DNA of 64,000 nt from Bacteroidetes bacterium UBA6221 (GTDB lineage Bacteria > Bacteroidota > Bacteroidia > Chitinophagales > Chitinophagaceae), in NCBI GenBank assembly GCA_002421685.1, contig DISB01000016.1, positions 378,549-442,548 on the forward strand, read 5' to 3'. The notes below the pieces were generated by a model. That model made no database searches. It saw only the letters and a program-made list of their open reading frames with translations, and was not told the DNA's origin. This document shows, one piece after another, positions 1 to 9,690 of the stretch. The number at the start of each line of letters is the position of its first letter. The first letter of the stretch is position 1. The position numbers and the translations under genes are program-made.

Positions 1-21
1 TAATTATTAAATGACATGGTT

Positions 22-3000
22 TTAAGGTTTAGATTTAGGTGCAGCCTCCTCAAAGTCCCCAGGGTCTGTATTATCATAGCTTCCAAACTTCAAAAATCCC
101 TCAGCTTGGACATTTAAACCCAAACCAAGCTTCGACCCAATACTTAAACCATGCTTCCTTATTTTTGTTCTTGCATTAAAGTCTTTCTCATCGCTTATCT
201 GATAGGAAATCCCCGGTATTCCCACTGAAAATAATGTAGTTGTTTCTACTTTTCTTTCGAAACCGTTTTCATCAACATATTCTTTTCTCTCAAACCCTCC
301 TCCAAGAAATAGGTCCCCATAAAGTGTGGTAGTAAACAAACGGGAATGCCCATCCGTGTTCCTGGACATACCTTCAACGTTCACTGCTTCAGTTCCCAAA
401 TTAAACCCTAAAACTGGTGTTTCTTTATATGCTCCACCTACCGAAAGACTTTTAAACCCAAAATGGAGTGATGGGCCAGCAGCTATACGGGCTGAACCCT
501 GAATACCCATACCATAGTCTTCTGTTTGTGGTATGTATTTGTACTTTGATTCTGTCTTCGATGCAGTTTGAGATTGTGGTGTTTGGGCTGCTTGTTTTTG
601 AATATCGCGAGAAATCCTTAACTGAACTACACTAATTCCATAATAAGCCGCTTCTGCCTTATCAGAAATAAACTCTAAACCTTCTAAATCTTTACCATCT
701 ATCACTCTATTCTCAGCAAAAGCATATGTACTGTTCCATGGATAAGACGCAGCTAAAGGATCAACACTCCAGAACCTTGCAATCCTGGTATCGTATTCCC
801 TGAATTTGTACTGGTAATGTACATTATACTTGCCCAGGTCTGCAGACTTTGATTTGTATATATCCTGCTCAGCCCTTTGAGTGTTATAGCCATATTTACC
901 GGGGTTGTCGTTATTCAGTATACGGCCAGGCATCTTCATGCCAAAAGGGTAATAATCGCTGACATCGGCCAGGTTGGGCTGCCAGTAGTCATACAAAGTG
1001 TCGCCGGAATTGGCCAGGTGCCCGCTTTTTCGGTCCTGTAGAGATACCAGCACATTACCGAGATGGTCCGTAATATGGAAGTGTTTCACACCTATTTTAC
1101 GGCCTGTGTAGCGTTCACCACTATACATATTGCCCCAGGGCTCGGATGCACCGGGGTATGTAAATACCAGGTCACCCAATCCCCTGCTATACCAGGGAAT
1201 ACGGGTAGTCAGTGCCCGATGTGGAGGCACATCTGGGTCATGGTGATAAGTATTCATTATACTGTCTGCAAGCCCATAGTTTTTCACGGCAAGTTTATCA
1301 GAGCCATAAATATGGTGCTCCGCCAGCATCAACGTATCTTCAGCCAGGGGCACATAACCGGGGCCATAAGCCGTGAGTTGGCCAAGCGTGCTATGTTGCA
1401 CAATTGCTTCAGCATAAGCAATGGGGTCTATACCTTCGGTATTGCAAATAGCTTTATCCAGTGTTGCAGCCGGGTCAGACGCATTGTTTACAAAATCAGT
1501 CAACACAACTCCTTTTAAGGCATTGTACAGTATAGTCAATTGTTCCAGCAATGTAACGTTATTATTGAGCAATGTAGGGCCATTAATCCACTGGTTGAAG
1601 AAGTCGAACACAGGGCCGGGGTGATTAGTATTGTACAGCGCGTTCAGAATCGCCTCTTCGAACACGGTAAACGGCCCTATGCTGTTAGGTGTAGGAGTCC
1701 TGAGGTTAGGTGATGAAAAAATAACAGGGTCAAATACAACCGCGTTCAGGAAATTCGCCGACATATTTTTGGGAGGCGGTTCATTATTAACAATTTGCAG
1801 TATCCTGTTTATGGCTTGTATTTCCTGGCCAGGCATCTGGCTTTCAATAGATGCAACATATGTTGCCATGTTAGTTGAATACGCCCCGCCAAGTCCTACA
1901 TCAGTCCACAAGTCCTGAAGTTCTGTAGGGCCCATTGTTTTAAAATAATGTTCAAATAGTTTCATGCGTTCACCTGAATAATCGAATATCTGATCCAGGA
2001 AAGGCATGAGGTTGCTATTCATCAGAGCAGCGGCAAACAGGTGCTCTGAGCTTTGCCCTACAGTCATATTCATGTCGAAAACCGCCATGTCATCCAGGTA
2101 ATCAACCGTTGCGAACAGCAGCCTGTGGAATACATCATTATCGTGCTGCATGTAGAAACCAGCGCCATAAGAGCCGGTAATATTAACCGCCCATGCATTT
2201 TCATTGGCTATTGCCAGGTCAATAAAGTTGGTGGCGAAGCTGCCATATATGTCTACGTTATCCAGGATGAACTGTATAAAATCCGGTTCGCCGTACAAAC
2301 CTTCATTGGCTTTTTTGATATACATGCATGGTGAAAGGTTGGTCTTTATATTGTAAGCAGTAAGGAGATTCCCTGAAGCATCGTACACATAATACTCGCC
2401 TTTATTTACAATCAGTTCCGCGCTTACAGTATCTATCACGTCTTTGCGCACCCTGTTGCCCAATCCGTCGTAATCATAATGTATGATAGTATTGGTAACA
2501 GTGTCTACGATATCGGTAATCTTGCCCAGGTGGTTCCATGAAACTTTCTGATTACCATAGTAATTACGTACCATATTCCCGGTATTGTCATATTCGTAAT
2601 TGATACTGTTAGCAGGTGTGTAAGGCTCCTGTTCCAGGTCGTGCGGAGCAGAAGTGTACCCGGCAATATTTTCATCAACTATATTCAGCCTGTTGGTACC
2701 CGATTCATAAGTATAGGTGAGACTATCCATATGATAGCTATAGTTATCATACCTGTTTAGTTCGGTTATATTACCGAGGGCATCATAATTATAGGTGTTT
2801 TTGAAAATATTGGACGGACTTGCAACTGACAAAAGGTCTTCGTCTACTTCAGCATATGCGGCTAACTTCAACCGCTGAACCTGGTCGTAACGGTAGTCGC
2901 GCTGGAGATTACCTACGGTATTCAACGATAGCGTTTGCCTGGGGATGTTGCCATTGTACATGCTCTTATTACCTTCGGGCAAGTACGTAGCAGCCACTGT

Positions 3001-6000
3001 GTTATCAATCGGCCTGTAATCATTATTATAATAATTAAGCGCCATGGCCATAACATCCCTTGCATAACTCAGGTCTCCGGGCAGGCCGTTTTGGCCCATA
3101 TCTTTGTCGGGCCTTAAAATGTCGCCGTTTACGGCTTTCAACCATCCCTGTATAGTGTACGCATAGTCGAGGCTTTGCAACTGGTCGTCACCCAGCTTCA
3201 GGTTTGCCAGCGGGCCGTGCTTATAGTAAGTATATTCCGCATCACGGTTCCATATCATACCGTCGTTACTGGTATATACTTCTTTTACGCGGTTATCAGC
3301 ATCGTAAACATATTTATGATAGAACTGGTCTGCCCCGCCCCTGTTATAGGTAAGCATATTTACCTTGCCGCTCACCTGGTCATAATCATAGTCTACACGT
3401 TTGTATTTCTGTTTAATGCCAATCAGCCTGCTGGAACTATATGTTACTGTTTTAACATTGCCCTGCATATCGTAACTGTAATAAATGCCAAAGTACGGCT
3501 CCACAAAAGGTGTCCAGAGATCGGTACTTTTAGATTCGTAGTATGTAATGGCTGATACCCTGCCCAGCAGGTTTTCCTGCCTGCTCAATGTATAACCACT
3601 CTGAACACTCAAGTCAAGCGGCTCCTCGTCATAGTAAGTGCGCACAACTTCTTCTCTGTTTTGATTGCGTATATATACCAGCATGTCGTATGCGGAATAT
3701 TCAGTTGCATTGGTAATATAAGGGCAACCGGAACTGCAATCGATTTCCACCTGGCCGGTCTCCACTACCCTGCCCTGGTTGTCGTATAGAGTATAAGAGT
3801 ATTTGTCGTCCACCTGTTGCTTGCTATTCTGGGAGAACACTACCCTACCGGCCCTGTCATAATAGAACCTGGTGATACCTCCGTCCGGTGTTTCCTGGGA
3901 AACGGGTTTGTTCGAGGAATTATAATGATATACCGTCTCTTTTTCAACAGCAAAGGGATTGCTGCCGGTAGGAGGCGGCACAGTCTTAACAAGGTTACCT
4001 GCCAGGTCATGATAATATCTCATTATATGGTTCTTCTGCGCCTGGGTACAAAGCCTCAGAGAGTCGTTGGCATTGTTTACCAGGAACGAAAGCATATCAT
4101 CAGTTATAGCATTTGTTGTGGAGTCATAATACTGCAGGTACCTTATTTTCCCTGCATGAATTGCATCCTGCAACATCCAGTATTCGCAGTCTATCTTATC
4201 CAGGCAATGGTCCAGGCCGGGCTGTGTATGCAGAATCACATTTTCCACTTTGCGCCCGTAGCCAACAACGAAATCAGCATAACCACGACATTCAAACGCA
4301 ACGGAGCTGATAGAAGGGAAGTGCATGTAAGCCGTAAACATGTAAATGCTATCAACACCGGGACCTATTTTTATTGAGTCGAGATCCAGCATGTGGATAT
4401 CAAAAATCGGATTTTCAGGCGGTGCCAGGTATACATTGTACATCACGTTATTATTATCGAAGTACCGGTACCAATGTACACCATTCGCTTTCCTGAATAC
4501 GGTAAGTGATGTGTCAGAATTATATACTGCAAGGTCGTCTTCTTCCAGGAACAGTTGGTCTGTACTTAAAACACTTTGTACACCTGTGAGAATTGTATTT
4601 TCAAGTAAGGTCTGGCCCCAATGCCCGCTTTGCGCACCATTATACACATAAAGGTCGGTTTTGCGTTTTGAGCAATTCGCATCCTTATAGCTTAATGTAT
4701 TACCTGCATAAGCGGTAATTCTTTGCTTAAGGTTTGAAGTGCTGATTGAATCGATGATGGCGTCTCCCGTAATAGCAGTAAGGCCACTGATATAATTAAG
4801 ATAATCCTGCTTATCCGAAGTAGCATAATCCGCGCTCCTGAACACCGCTATGTCCGGCGAAGTAAATGAACCTACACATTGCTGGGTATAAGTTGACAAT
4901 CCCTCCACCATGTCTGCATGCTGTTTTGGTGTGGAGTAGCTACCGCTGAAAGCATACATATTATAAGCGTATTGCTTGTTATTAATGTAAACCGTAACAG
5001 CGTTAGAGCTGTATGGCGTCATATATGTGGACAGCGATGTGCCGGGGGAACAGCTTGTTCTATCGAATACTGTAAGAGGCTTATCGGACAAATAAGTGAA
5101 ATTACCGGGAGCTACAAGGCTTGCAATAAAGTTCTTATATGCCAATAATGAATTATCAGGAACCGTGCTGAGGTCGATACCAAATTTGGTTTGACCATTT
5201 CCATATAAAATTCTTGATTCAATGATATTGCGTGTTGTATAACCTTTGATAGCCTGTATAAAGGTGGCTGTATCTGTGGTACATGTCACTTCTATAGTGG
5301 CAAAATGGTTCTTCAGTTCCGTAAGATCGGTAACCGCGCAACCTGCCATTAATGCATTATAATCAGCATAGCTGTGATTTTTGCGGAATTTGTAATTCAA
5401 GTAATTGGTTATAGTTGTTTGGTATAACGGATGATTAAAAGCATCATCATAACCATAGGTAGCTTTGTCAGATTTGAAATCGTCAATAGCGTTCTTTATA
5501 TCTATGCATGTAATGGCGCCGGCTATAGATTCGTCTGAAACGGGTTCCATTATATTAATGCCATTGCTCCACACATAATACCTGTTAGTAGTACCGCCAC
5601 CATTTATATACATATCCACCACTGCCGAACTTCTTGCCACATAACCAATATACGCTGCTTCGTTATCTTCGTTAATACATGATACAGCATCGGTTTGTAC
5701 AGATGAAGCGCCATCGAGATAAGGCGAAGAACTGTACTTCTTTTTAATATATAACTTAACAGTATCACTACTGCTTGCAGAATATATTTTCAGCTTTATG
5801 TATTTCTTTACTACAATATTTGTAGGGTTGCCCGGCTCAGGATACCGGATGGTATCTATAAATCCTTTGACAAATACTGAAGCAGAGGAAGAGATACCCA
5901 GTTCTGCCGCAATTTTATTTTCATACACATTAGTACTGCTAAGATTAAACGTATAAGCACTGCTACCCGTAAGTATGGCATTTTTAATGGCACTTTCTAT

Positions 6001-9000
6001 CTCTGTACGATTTAGCAAATCTTTTATTCCGGTATATATATCCGCCTTGGCGCAAACAAAAGGCACTTCTTTTTCACTTGCAAAATCATAAGTAGTATAG
6101 CCAAACAAGAACGGATGACAGAGGTCGTTTAATGATAAGTTAGCACCCGATGGATTCGTGATTGCATTTATAACCACCTGGGGGGTAAGGGCAGCAAAGC
6201 CATTGGAAATACAATATGCATTAATCTCAGAACGAATGTCATTCAATTTAGAACCAACGGTGGTACAGTTATTCAGCTTATCCATTACGAAGTCCATCAT
6301 TGCACCCACTTCTGCAACTCTCCAACTGTCTGCAGAGTCCTGTATTTGAACTGGTGGAGGATTGAGGCTTGAATGATCAGAGTTAGGGTCGTTTACATCT
6401 GTATATACGTCTTTTATCCATTGAGGCACATCGGCAGAATCTAACAAAGGGTATAATACTGATGTGTCCTGTATATTAGGCGGATAAGGATCAAATACGG
6501 GTGTGCCGGTAAGCCATATATAAGCATCCTCACCATCCCAGCCTATACGGGGGCAAAAACAATTATACTTTGCATACCCTGCATCCCAAAAGGCTTCTTT
6601 TTCGTCATAAATAGATGCGATATACTTTGACCTATTCATGAGGTAGAATGACTTCAACAACTCATAATACGCCTGTTTAACATTATCATCAATAAATGTC
6701 ATATTGAGTATTTGCTGTGCATACAAAAATTTCGCTACAGCCACTTCTTCTTCCATATTGCCTGCATGGGCGTAAGCCAACTCTATTGCGATAGAATCGA
6801 TACGTTTATTATAATTTACAAAACGAATCAACTTATCTTTAATAAGCGGCTTATCAGTTGATGATGCATTTTTATAAACCGGGTCGTTAGCTAATATAGA
6901 ATCGAGGATAAAACGATTATTATACTCCGCTTGCAGAAAGGTTGTGTAACCTCTCAGCTCATTCTCATACTCCTCCAGGCTACCGTCACAAAGCAACAGC
7001 TTACAATATTCAGGGTGCAAAGGCAGTAATGCTTCAGCAATGGTATCATTAAATATGTAAATAAATGTATCTAAAGACAAACACTCAAGGTTAGTGTACT
7101 GCACACCATTTTTCCAAACAGAAGCTGGCAGGTGTACTAAGCCAGATGTGTCCTGGTATGGATGAACATAATAAAGTGGATAATCCGGAAAGGTTCTATA
7201 ACTACAGGAGTTGTTTTGAGGATAACCTTGAACACCAAAATCCATAGCACGGAATATTGAATTACTATCAGCTTTATCCGCCCGAAAAGACCTACTACTT
7301 GGACCATAACTATTCATAGTTGAATTAGCCCAACCACCATTGGCCATATATTCTGCTACACTGCCATACATGCCATACTTACCGCCGGGAGATAGGTCGT
7401 CCATCATTTGCCTTTTTTTGGCGGCGCAAGGATTAGTAGTATCTGCATACTTCAAATCTTTACAAGGAAATTCTGCCGCCACTACGGTCTTCCTTACAAA
7501 ATAATGTTCATCATTATAACAATCCGGCTCGTTATCCTTTACAAACTGGCGGACAGTATTATTTATCTCCGGACGTGAAAAACTCAACGTTTTACTTGCC
7601 AGGTATTTCCCTTTCTGCAGCCAGCTTTGTACAGCCGCCCCGGACAAGTCCATAGCTACATTGCTGTTTAACACGCTATCACTACCTATAACACCTGATG
7701 TGGCCGGTATCTGCGGTGCTCCACAATCGTCCGTTGCAGAATATATATAGTATGCTTTCGCCCACAGGTACTTACCATTGCACCCTGTTCTATACGCAGG
7801 AATATTTACTTTATATTGCAGGCTATATATACCATTTTTTTCACCATAAAAAGGGCTTTCAATAAAAAGAGAGTTGGAGGTTTTATTCTGATCAGAAAAA
7901 GCGATAGAGAAACAATCAGCAAAACCTGTATCGTAATCAGGCAATACATCAATAGGTGTTTCCAGGGTATCTGGTATGCCGATAAGGCCTGATGCTATAG
8001 TCTGGCCTTTAGGATTATGAATTGTAAAGCTTGTCTGGCCATTCGGGTCTGTTATTACCTGCTTCGGATAATGTACAAAATTACCGGCTTCACCACTAAA
8101 CAGGCTATTCAACTCAGACTGAGTCGCCCTCACATATTCGTAACGTGTGCCATGGCCGTTCCACAGTTGGTTTTCATAACCAGCACCACCTTGCCACAGC
8201 AACAAGTTGTCAGGAGAATAAACACTTTGAATAAAGGGATAGCCTTTTGCATCAGGTACGAACCGCTCGTAAATACCTTTATCAGGATTGAGTGGTGAAT
8301 AATACTTTTTAGCCCATGCCGAATTGGACAGCGGTGCTATTGAATCAGGCGTGGAGCAGGAGAGGTTATCAAAATCATTACTTCTGTACGGATTACCAGT
8401 GGTTTCGTGCAAAGTCACATCAGGGTTATAATATAAAGCACCTTGCTTAATTGGTATGGGTAAGGTCTGAATAGAAGCCCTACCTTCCTTATCGTATATC
8501 TTGTCAACGGCTAGAACATAATCAATATCGGTATTTATTTTTGTTTGAGATTGCCTGTCCCTGAGCGTACCGTCGAAATAATTGATGACATGTTTATATT
8601 TACCCTCTTCAGCAAAGTTGATTGTGTATTGCCAGTTAAGACTATCGCTGTTATGCGGGGTTGAAATAAAATAGGCATGGCATTGATGACTCAGGTTTAC
8701 CGTACCGGCATCCTGTAAATTCCAACCACCGTAAATTGCTGTTTTATAATCGTTAGAATAATCAGGCCTTATAGCCCTAACCCTATATATTATCGCTCCA
8801 TGCTCATATATTAACGGGATGTCAAAAGAATTTTCAGTAAGCCTTACCCGTGTGCTATTTTTTTTAAAATCGTATGCTACATTACTGCTAGCGCCAAAGG
8901 AATATCCGGGAGTTCCGGCAACTCCATTGTTATAGACATTATAAGTATAATCATCTATATATAACCATTCCAGTTCAAACTCAATTGGTTTAAAATTATT

Positions 9001-9678
9001 GGTAGTAACGCTATTTGTACAACCCAACGAGGAATTGGTAGATGTGCCCCAGGTAACATTCAGTGTTTTATTGTTAGTCACCGTGCCCCAGGGATATATA
9101 GTAAAGGGCACATTATCATATCGCTCCACAACCACGGATGACATTATATAAAAATTCTTGGGCAGGTCGGATCTTAATATCATATTATTTGAAGTGTCCT
9201 TTATACTGGTCACTTCTACAAGAAGCTTTTGGTAACCTGAAAACTTGTAGACATTCGCATCTACATAAGACACTCCGGAATCCGGATCATACGAAACCTG
9301 CAGGGTAATATTTTTTGACGTCGGAGTTCCCGGGCTTGCATAGTTAAAACACCAAATCGTCAGCTCAATATTATACAAATATGGCGATGTAACTACAACA
9401 TTCGTATCATGGTTCACACCAACGAAAATGTAATTTTGTACGCTTTTGGTGAAAAAATCAGTCAAGCTGGGATTGCTTACTAACAAATCGTATTCATTGC
9501 TTTTAGTAACAGGCAATGAGTCGCTATAAGCATTATTAGGCTTGTAACTTCCGTTATCTTTAATATCATAGCTATAAAGCCTTTCGCTTTTTTCATCAGG
9601 CAGATACTGAAAAACCTGTGCAACTGATGACAAGGAAATCATGATTCCAATGCAGAGAAATAATATTCGGTTATACAT
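22..9678 (-). CDS. Giant (3218 aa) secreted RHS/YD-repeat polymorphic-toxin-type protein. It has a signal peptide, an ~1880-aa non-YD N-terminal region, a YD-repeat shell with RHS-associated core, and a 216-aa variable C-terminal tip.
   Basis: Uninterrupted 9.66-kb ORF. The N-terminus MYNRILFLCIGIMISLSSVAQ looks like a Sec signal peptide. YD-type repeats are readable from YYHDLAGNLVKTV onward (YYDRAGRVVFSQ, YTLYDNQGRVVETG, YDYDQVSGKVNMLTY, YVYDADNRVKEVY, YNYDALGNITEL, YEYDNTGNMV, YDYDGLGNRVRK, YVYDASGNLL). RHS core hallmarks are present: ITDHLGNV, YYPFGM, FREYDTRIARFWSVDPL...IDGKDLEGLE. Confidence 0.92.
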   Translation of the reverse strand: MYNRILFLCIGIMISLSSVAQVFQYLPDEKSERLYSYDIKDNGSYKPNNAYSDSLPVTKSNEYDLLVSNPSLTDFFTKSVQNYIFVGVNHDTNVVVTSPYLYNIELTIWCFNYASPGTPTSKNITLQVSYDPDSGVSYVDANVYKFSGYQKLLVEVTSIKDTSNNMILRSDLPKNFYIMSSVVVERYDNVPFTIYPWGTVTNNKTLNVTWGTSTNSSLGCTNSVTTNNFKPIEFELEWLYIDDYTYNVYNNGVAGTPGYSFGASSNVAYDFKKNSTRVRLTENSFDIPLIYEHGAIIYRVRAIRPDYSNDYKTAIYGGWNLQDAGTVNLSHQCHAYFISTPHNSDSLNWQYTINFAEEGKYKHVINYFDGTLRDRQSQTKINTDIDYVLAVDKIYDKEGRASIQTLPIPIKQGALYYNPDVTLHETTGNPYRSNDFDNLSCSTPDSIAPLSNSAWAKKYYSPLNPDKGIYERFVPDAKGYPFIQSVYSPDNLLLWQGGAGYENQLWNGHGTRYEYVRATQSELNSLFSGEAGNFVHYPKQVITDPNGQTSFTIHNPKGQTIASGLIGIPDTLETPIDVLPDYDTGFADCFSIAFSDQNKTSNSLFIESPFYGEKNGIYSLQYKVNIPAYRTGCNGKYLWAKAYYIYSATDDCGAPQIPATSGVIGSDSVLNSNVAMDLSGAAVQSWLQKGKYLASKTLSFSRPEINNTVRQFVKDNEPDCYNDEHYFVRKTVVAAEFPCKDLKYADTTNPCAAKKRQMMDDLSPGGKYGMYGSVAEYMANGGWANSTMNSYGPSSRSFRADKADSNSIFRAMDFGVQGYPQNNSCSYRTFPDYPLYYVHPYQDTSGLVHLPASVWKNGVQYTNLECLSLDTFIYIFNDTIAEALLPLHPEYCKLLLCDGSLEEYENELRGYTTFLQAEYNNRFILDSILANDPVYKNASSTDKPLIKDKLIRFVNYNKRIDSIAIELAYAHAGNMEEEVAVAKFLYAQQILNMTFIDDNVKQAYYELLKSFYLMNRSKYIASIYDEKEAFWDAGYAKYNCFCPRIGWDGEDAYIWLTGTPVFDPYPPNIQDTSVLYPLLDSADVPQWIKDVYTDVNDPNSDHSSLNPPPVQIQDSADSWRVAEVGAMMDFVMDKLNNCTTVGSKLNDIRSEINAYCISNGFAALTPQVVINAITNPSGANLSLNDLCHPFLFGYTTYDFASEKEVPFVCAKADIYTGIKDLLNRTEIESAIKNAILTGSSAYTFNLSSTNVYENKIAAELGISSSASVFVKGFIDTIRYPEPGNPTNIVVKKYIKLKIYSASSSDTVKLYIKKKYSSSPYLDGASSVQTDAVSCINEDNEAAYIGYVARSSAVVDMYINGGGTTNRYYVWSNGINIMEPVSDESIAGAITCIDIKNAIDDFKSDKATYGYDDAFNHPLYQTTITNYLNYKFRKNHSYADYNALMAGCAVTDLTELKNHFATIEVTCTTDTATFIQAIKGYTTRNIIESRILYGNGQTKFGIDLSTVPDNSLLAYKNFIASLVAPGNFTYLSDKPLTVFDRTSCSPGTSLSTYMTPYSSNAVTVYINNKQYAYNMYAFSGSYSTPKQHADMVEGLSTYTQQCVGSFTSPDIAVFRSADYATSDKQDYLNYISGLTAITGDAIIDSISTSNLKQRITAYAGNTLSYKDANCSKRKTDLYVYNGAQSGHWGQTLLENTILTGVQSVLSTDQLFLEEDDLAVYNSDTSLTVFRKANGVHWYRYFDNNNVMYNVYLAPPENPIFDIHMLDLDSIKIGPGVDSIYMFTAYMHFPSISSVAFECRGYADFVVGYGRKVENVILHTQPGLDHCLDKIDCEYWMLQDAIHAGKIRYLQYYDSTTNAITDDMLSFLVNNANDSLRLCTQAQKNHIMRYYHDLAGNLVKTVPPPTGSNPFAVEKETVYHYNSSNKPVSQETPDGGITRFYYDRAGRVVFSQNSKQQVDDKYSYTLYDNQGRVVETGQVEIDCSSGCPYITNATEYSAYDMLVYIRNQNREEVVRTYYDEEPLDLSVQSGYTLSRQENLLGRVSAITYYESKSTDLWTPFVEPYFGIYYSYDMQGNVKTVTYSSSRLIGIKQKYKRVDYDYDQVSGKVNMLTYNRGGADQFYHKYVYDADNRVKEVYTSNDGMIWNRDAEYTYYKHGPLANLKLGDDQLQSLDYAYTIQGWLKAVNGDILRPDKDMGQNGLPGDLSYARDVMAMALNYYNNDYRPIDNTVAATYLPEGNKSMYNGNIPRQTLSLNTVGNLQRDYRYDQVQRLKLAAYAEVDEDLLSVASPSNIFKNTYNYDALGNITELNRYDNYSYHMDSLTYTYESGTNRLNIVDENIAGYTSAPHDLEQEPYTPANSINYEYDNTGNMVRNYYGNQKVSWNHLGKITDIVDTVTNTIIHYDYDGLGNRVRKDVIDTVSAELIVNKGEYYVYDASGNLLTAYNIKTNLSPCMYIKKANEGLYGEPDFIQFILDNVDIYGSFATNFIDLAIANENAWAVNITGSYGAGFYMQHDNDVFHRLLFATVDYLDDMAVFDMNMTVGQSSEHLFAAALMNSNLMPFLDQIFDYSGERMKLFEHYFKTMGPTELQDLWTDVGLGGAYSTNMATYVASIESQMPGQEIQAINRILQIVNNEPPPKNMSANFLNAVVFDPVIFSSPNLRTPTPNSIGPFTVFEEAILNALYNTNHPGPVFDFFNQWINGPTLLNNNVTLLEQLTILYNALKGVVLTDFVNNASDPAATLDKAICNTEGIDPIAYAEAIVQHSTLGQLTAYGPGYVPLAEDTLMLAEHHIYGSDKLAVKNYGLADSIMNTYHHDPDVPPHRALTTRIPWYSRGLGDLVFTYPGASEPWGNMYSGERYTGRKIGVKHFHITDHLGNVLVSLQDRKSGHLANSGDTLYDYWQPNLADVSDYYPFGMKMPGRILNNDNPGKYGYNTQRAEQDIYKSKSADLGKYNVHYQYKFREYDTRIARFWSVDPLAASYPWNSTYAFAENRVIDGKDLEGLEFISDKAEAAYYGISVVQLRISRDIQKQAAQTPQSQTASKTESKYKYIPQTEDYGMGIQGSARIAAGPSLHFGFKSLSVGGAYKETPVLGFNLGTEAVNVEGMSRNTDGHSRLFTTTLYGDLFLGGGFERKEYVDENGFERKVETTTLFSVGIPGISYQISDEKDFNARTKIRKHGLSIGSKLGLGLNVQAEGFLKFGSYDNTDPGDFEEAAPKSKP
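25..672 (-). other. Variable C-terminal tip (216 aa) downstream of the RHS core. It is Gly-rich and beta-strand-like, with no recognisable enzymatic toxin motif.
   Basis: The sequence FISDKAEAAYYG...GLSIGSKLGLGLNVQAEGFLKFGSYDNTDPGDFEEAAPKSKP follows DLEGLE. Sampled lines of coding DNA here are about 37-38% GC, against about 48-58% in sampled lines of the adjacent core. Confidence 0.7.
673..4020 (-). other. YD-repeat / RHS-core coding portion of the 3218-aa gene (about aa 1887-3002), ending in a DPxGL-like DLEGLE motif
   Basis: The first clear YD repeat (YYHDLAGNLVKTV) is encoded at ~3980-4018. The last core residues (DGKDLEGLE) are encoded at 673-699. I mapped both by reverse-complementing the nucleotide sequence. 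Confidence 0.8.
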
Positions 9679-9690
9679 ATTATGTCAGCT

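Noticed and set aside
1063-8298. Numerous 60-190-aa plus-strand ORFs inside the 3218-aa RHS gene, with similar ones inside the 2093-aa and 937-aa genes
   Set aside because: They are antisense to a continuous 9.6-kb reading frame with coherent repeat architecture. They are short, with biased composition and no motifs.
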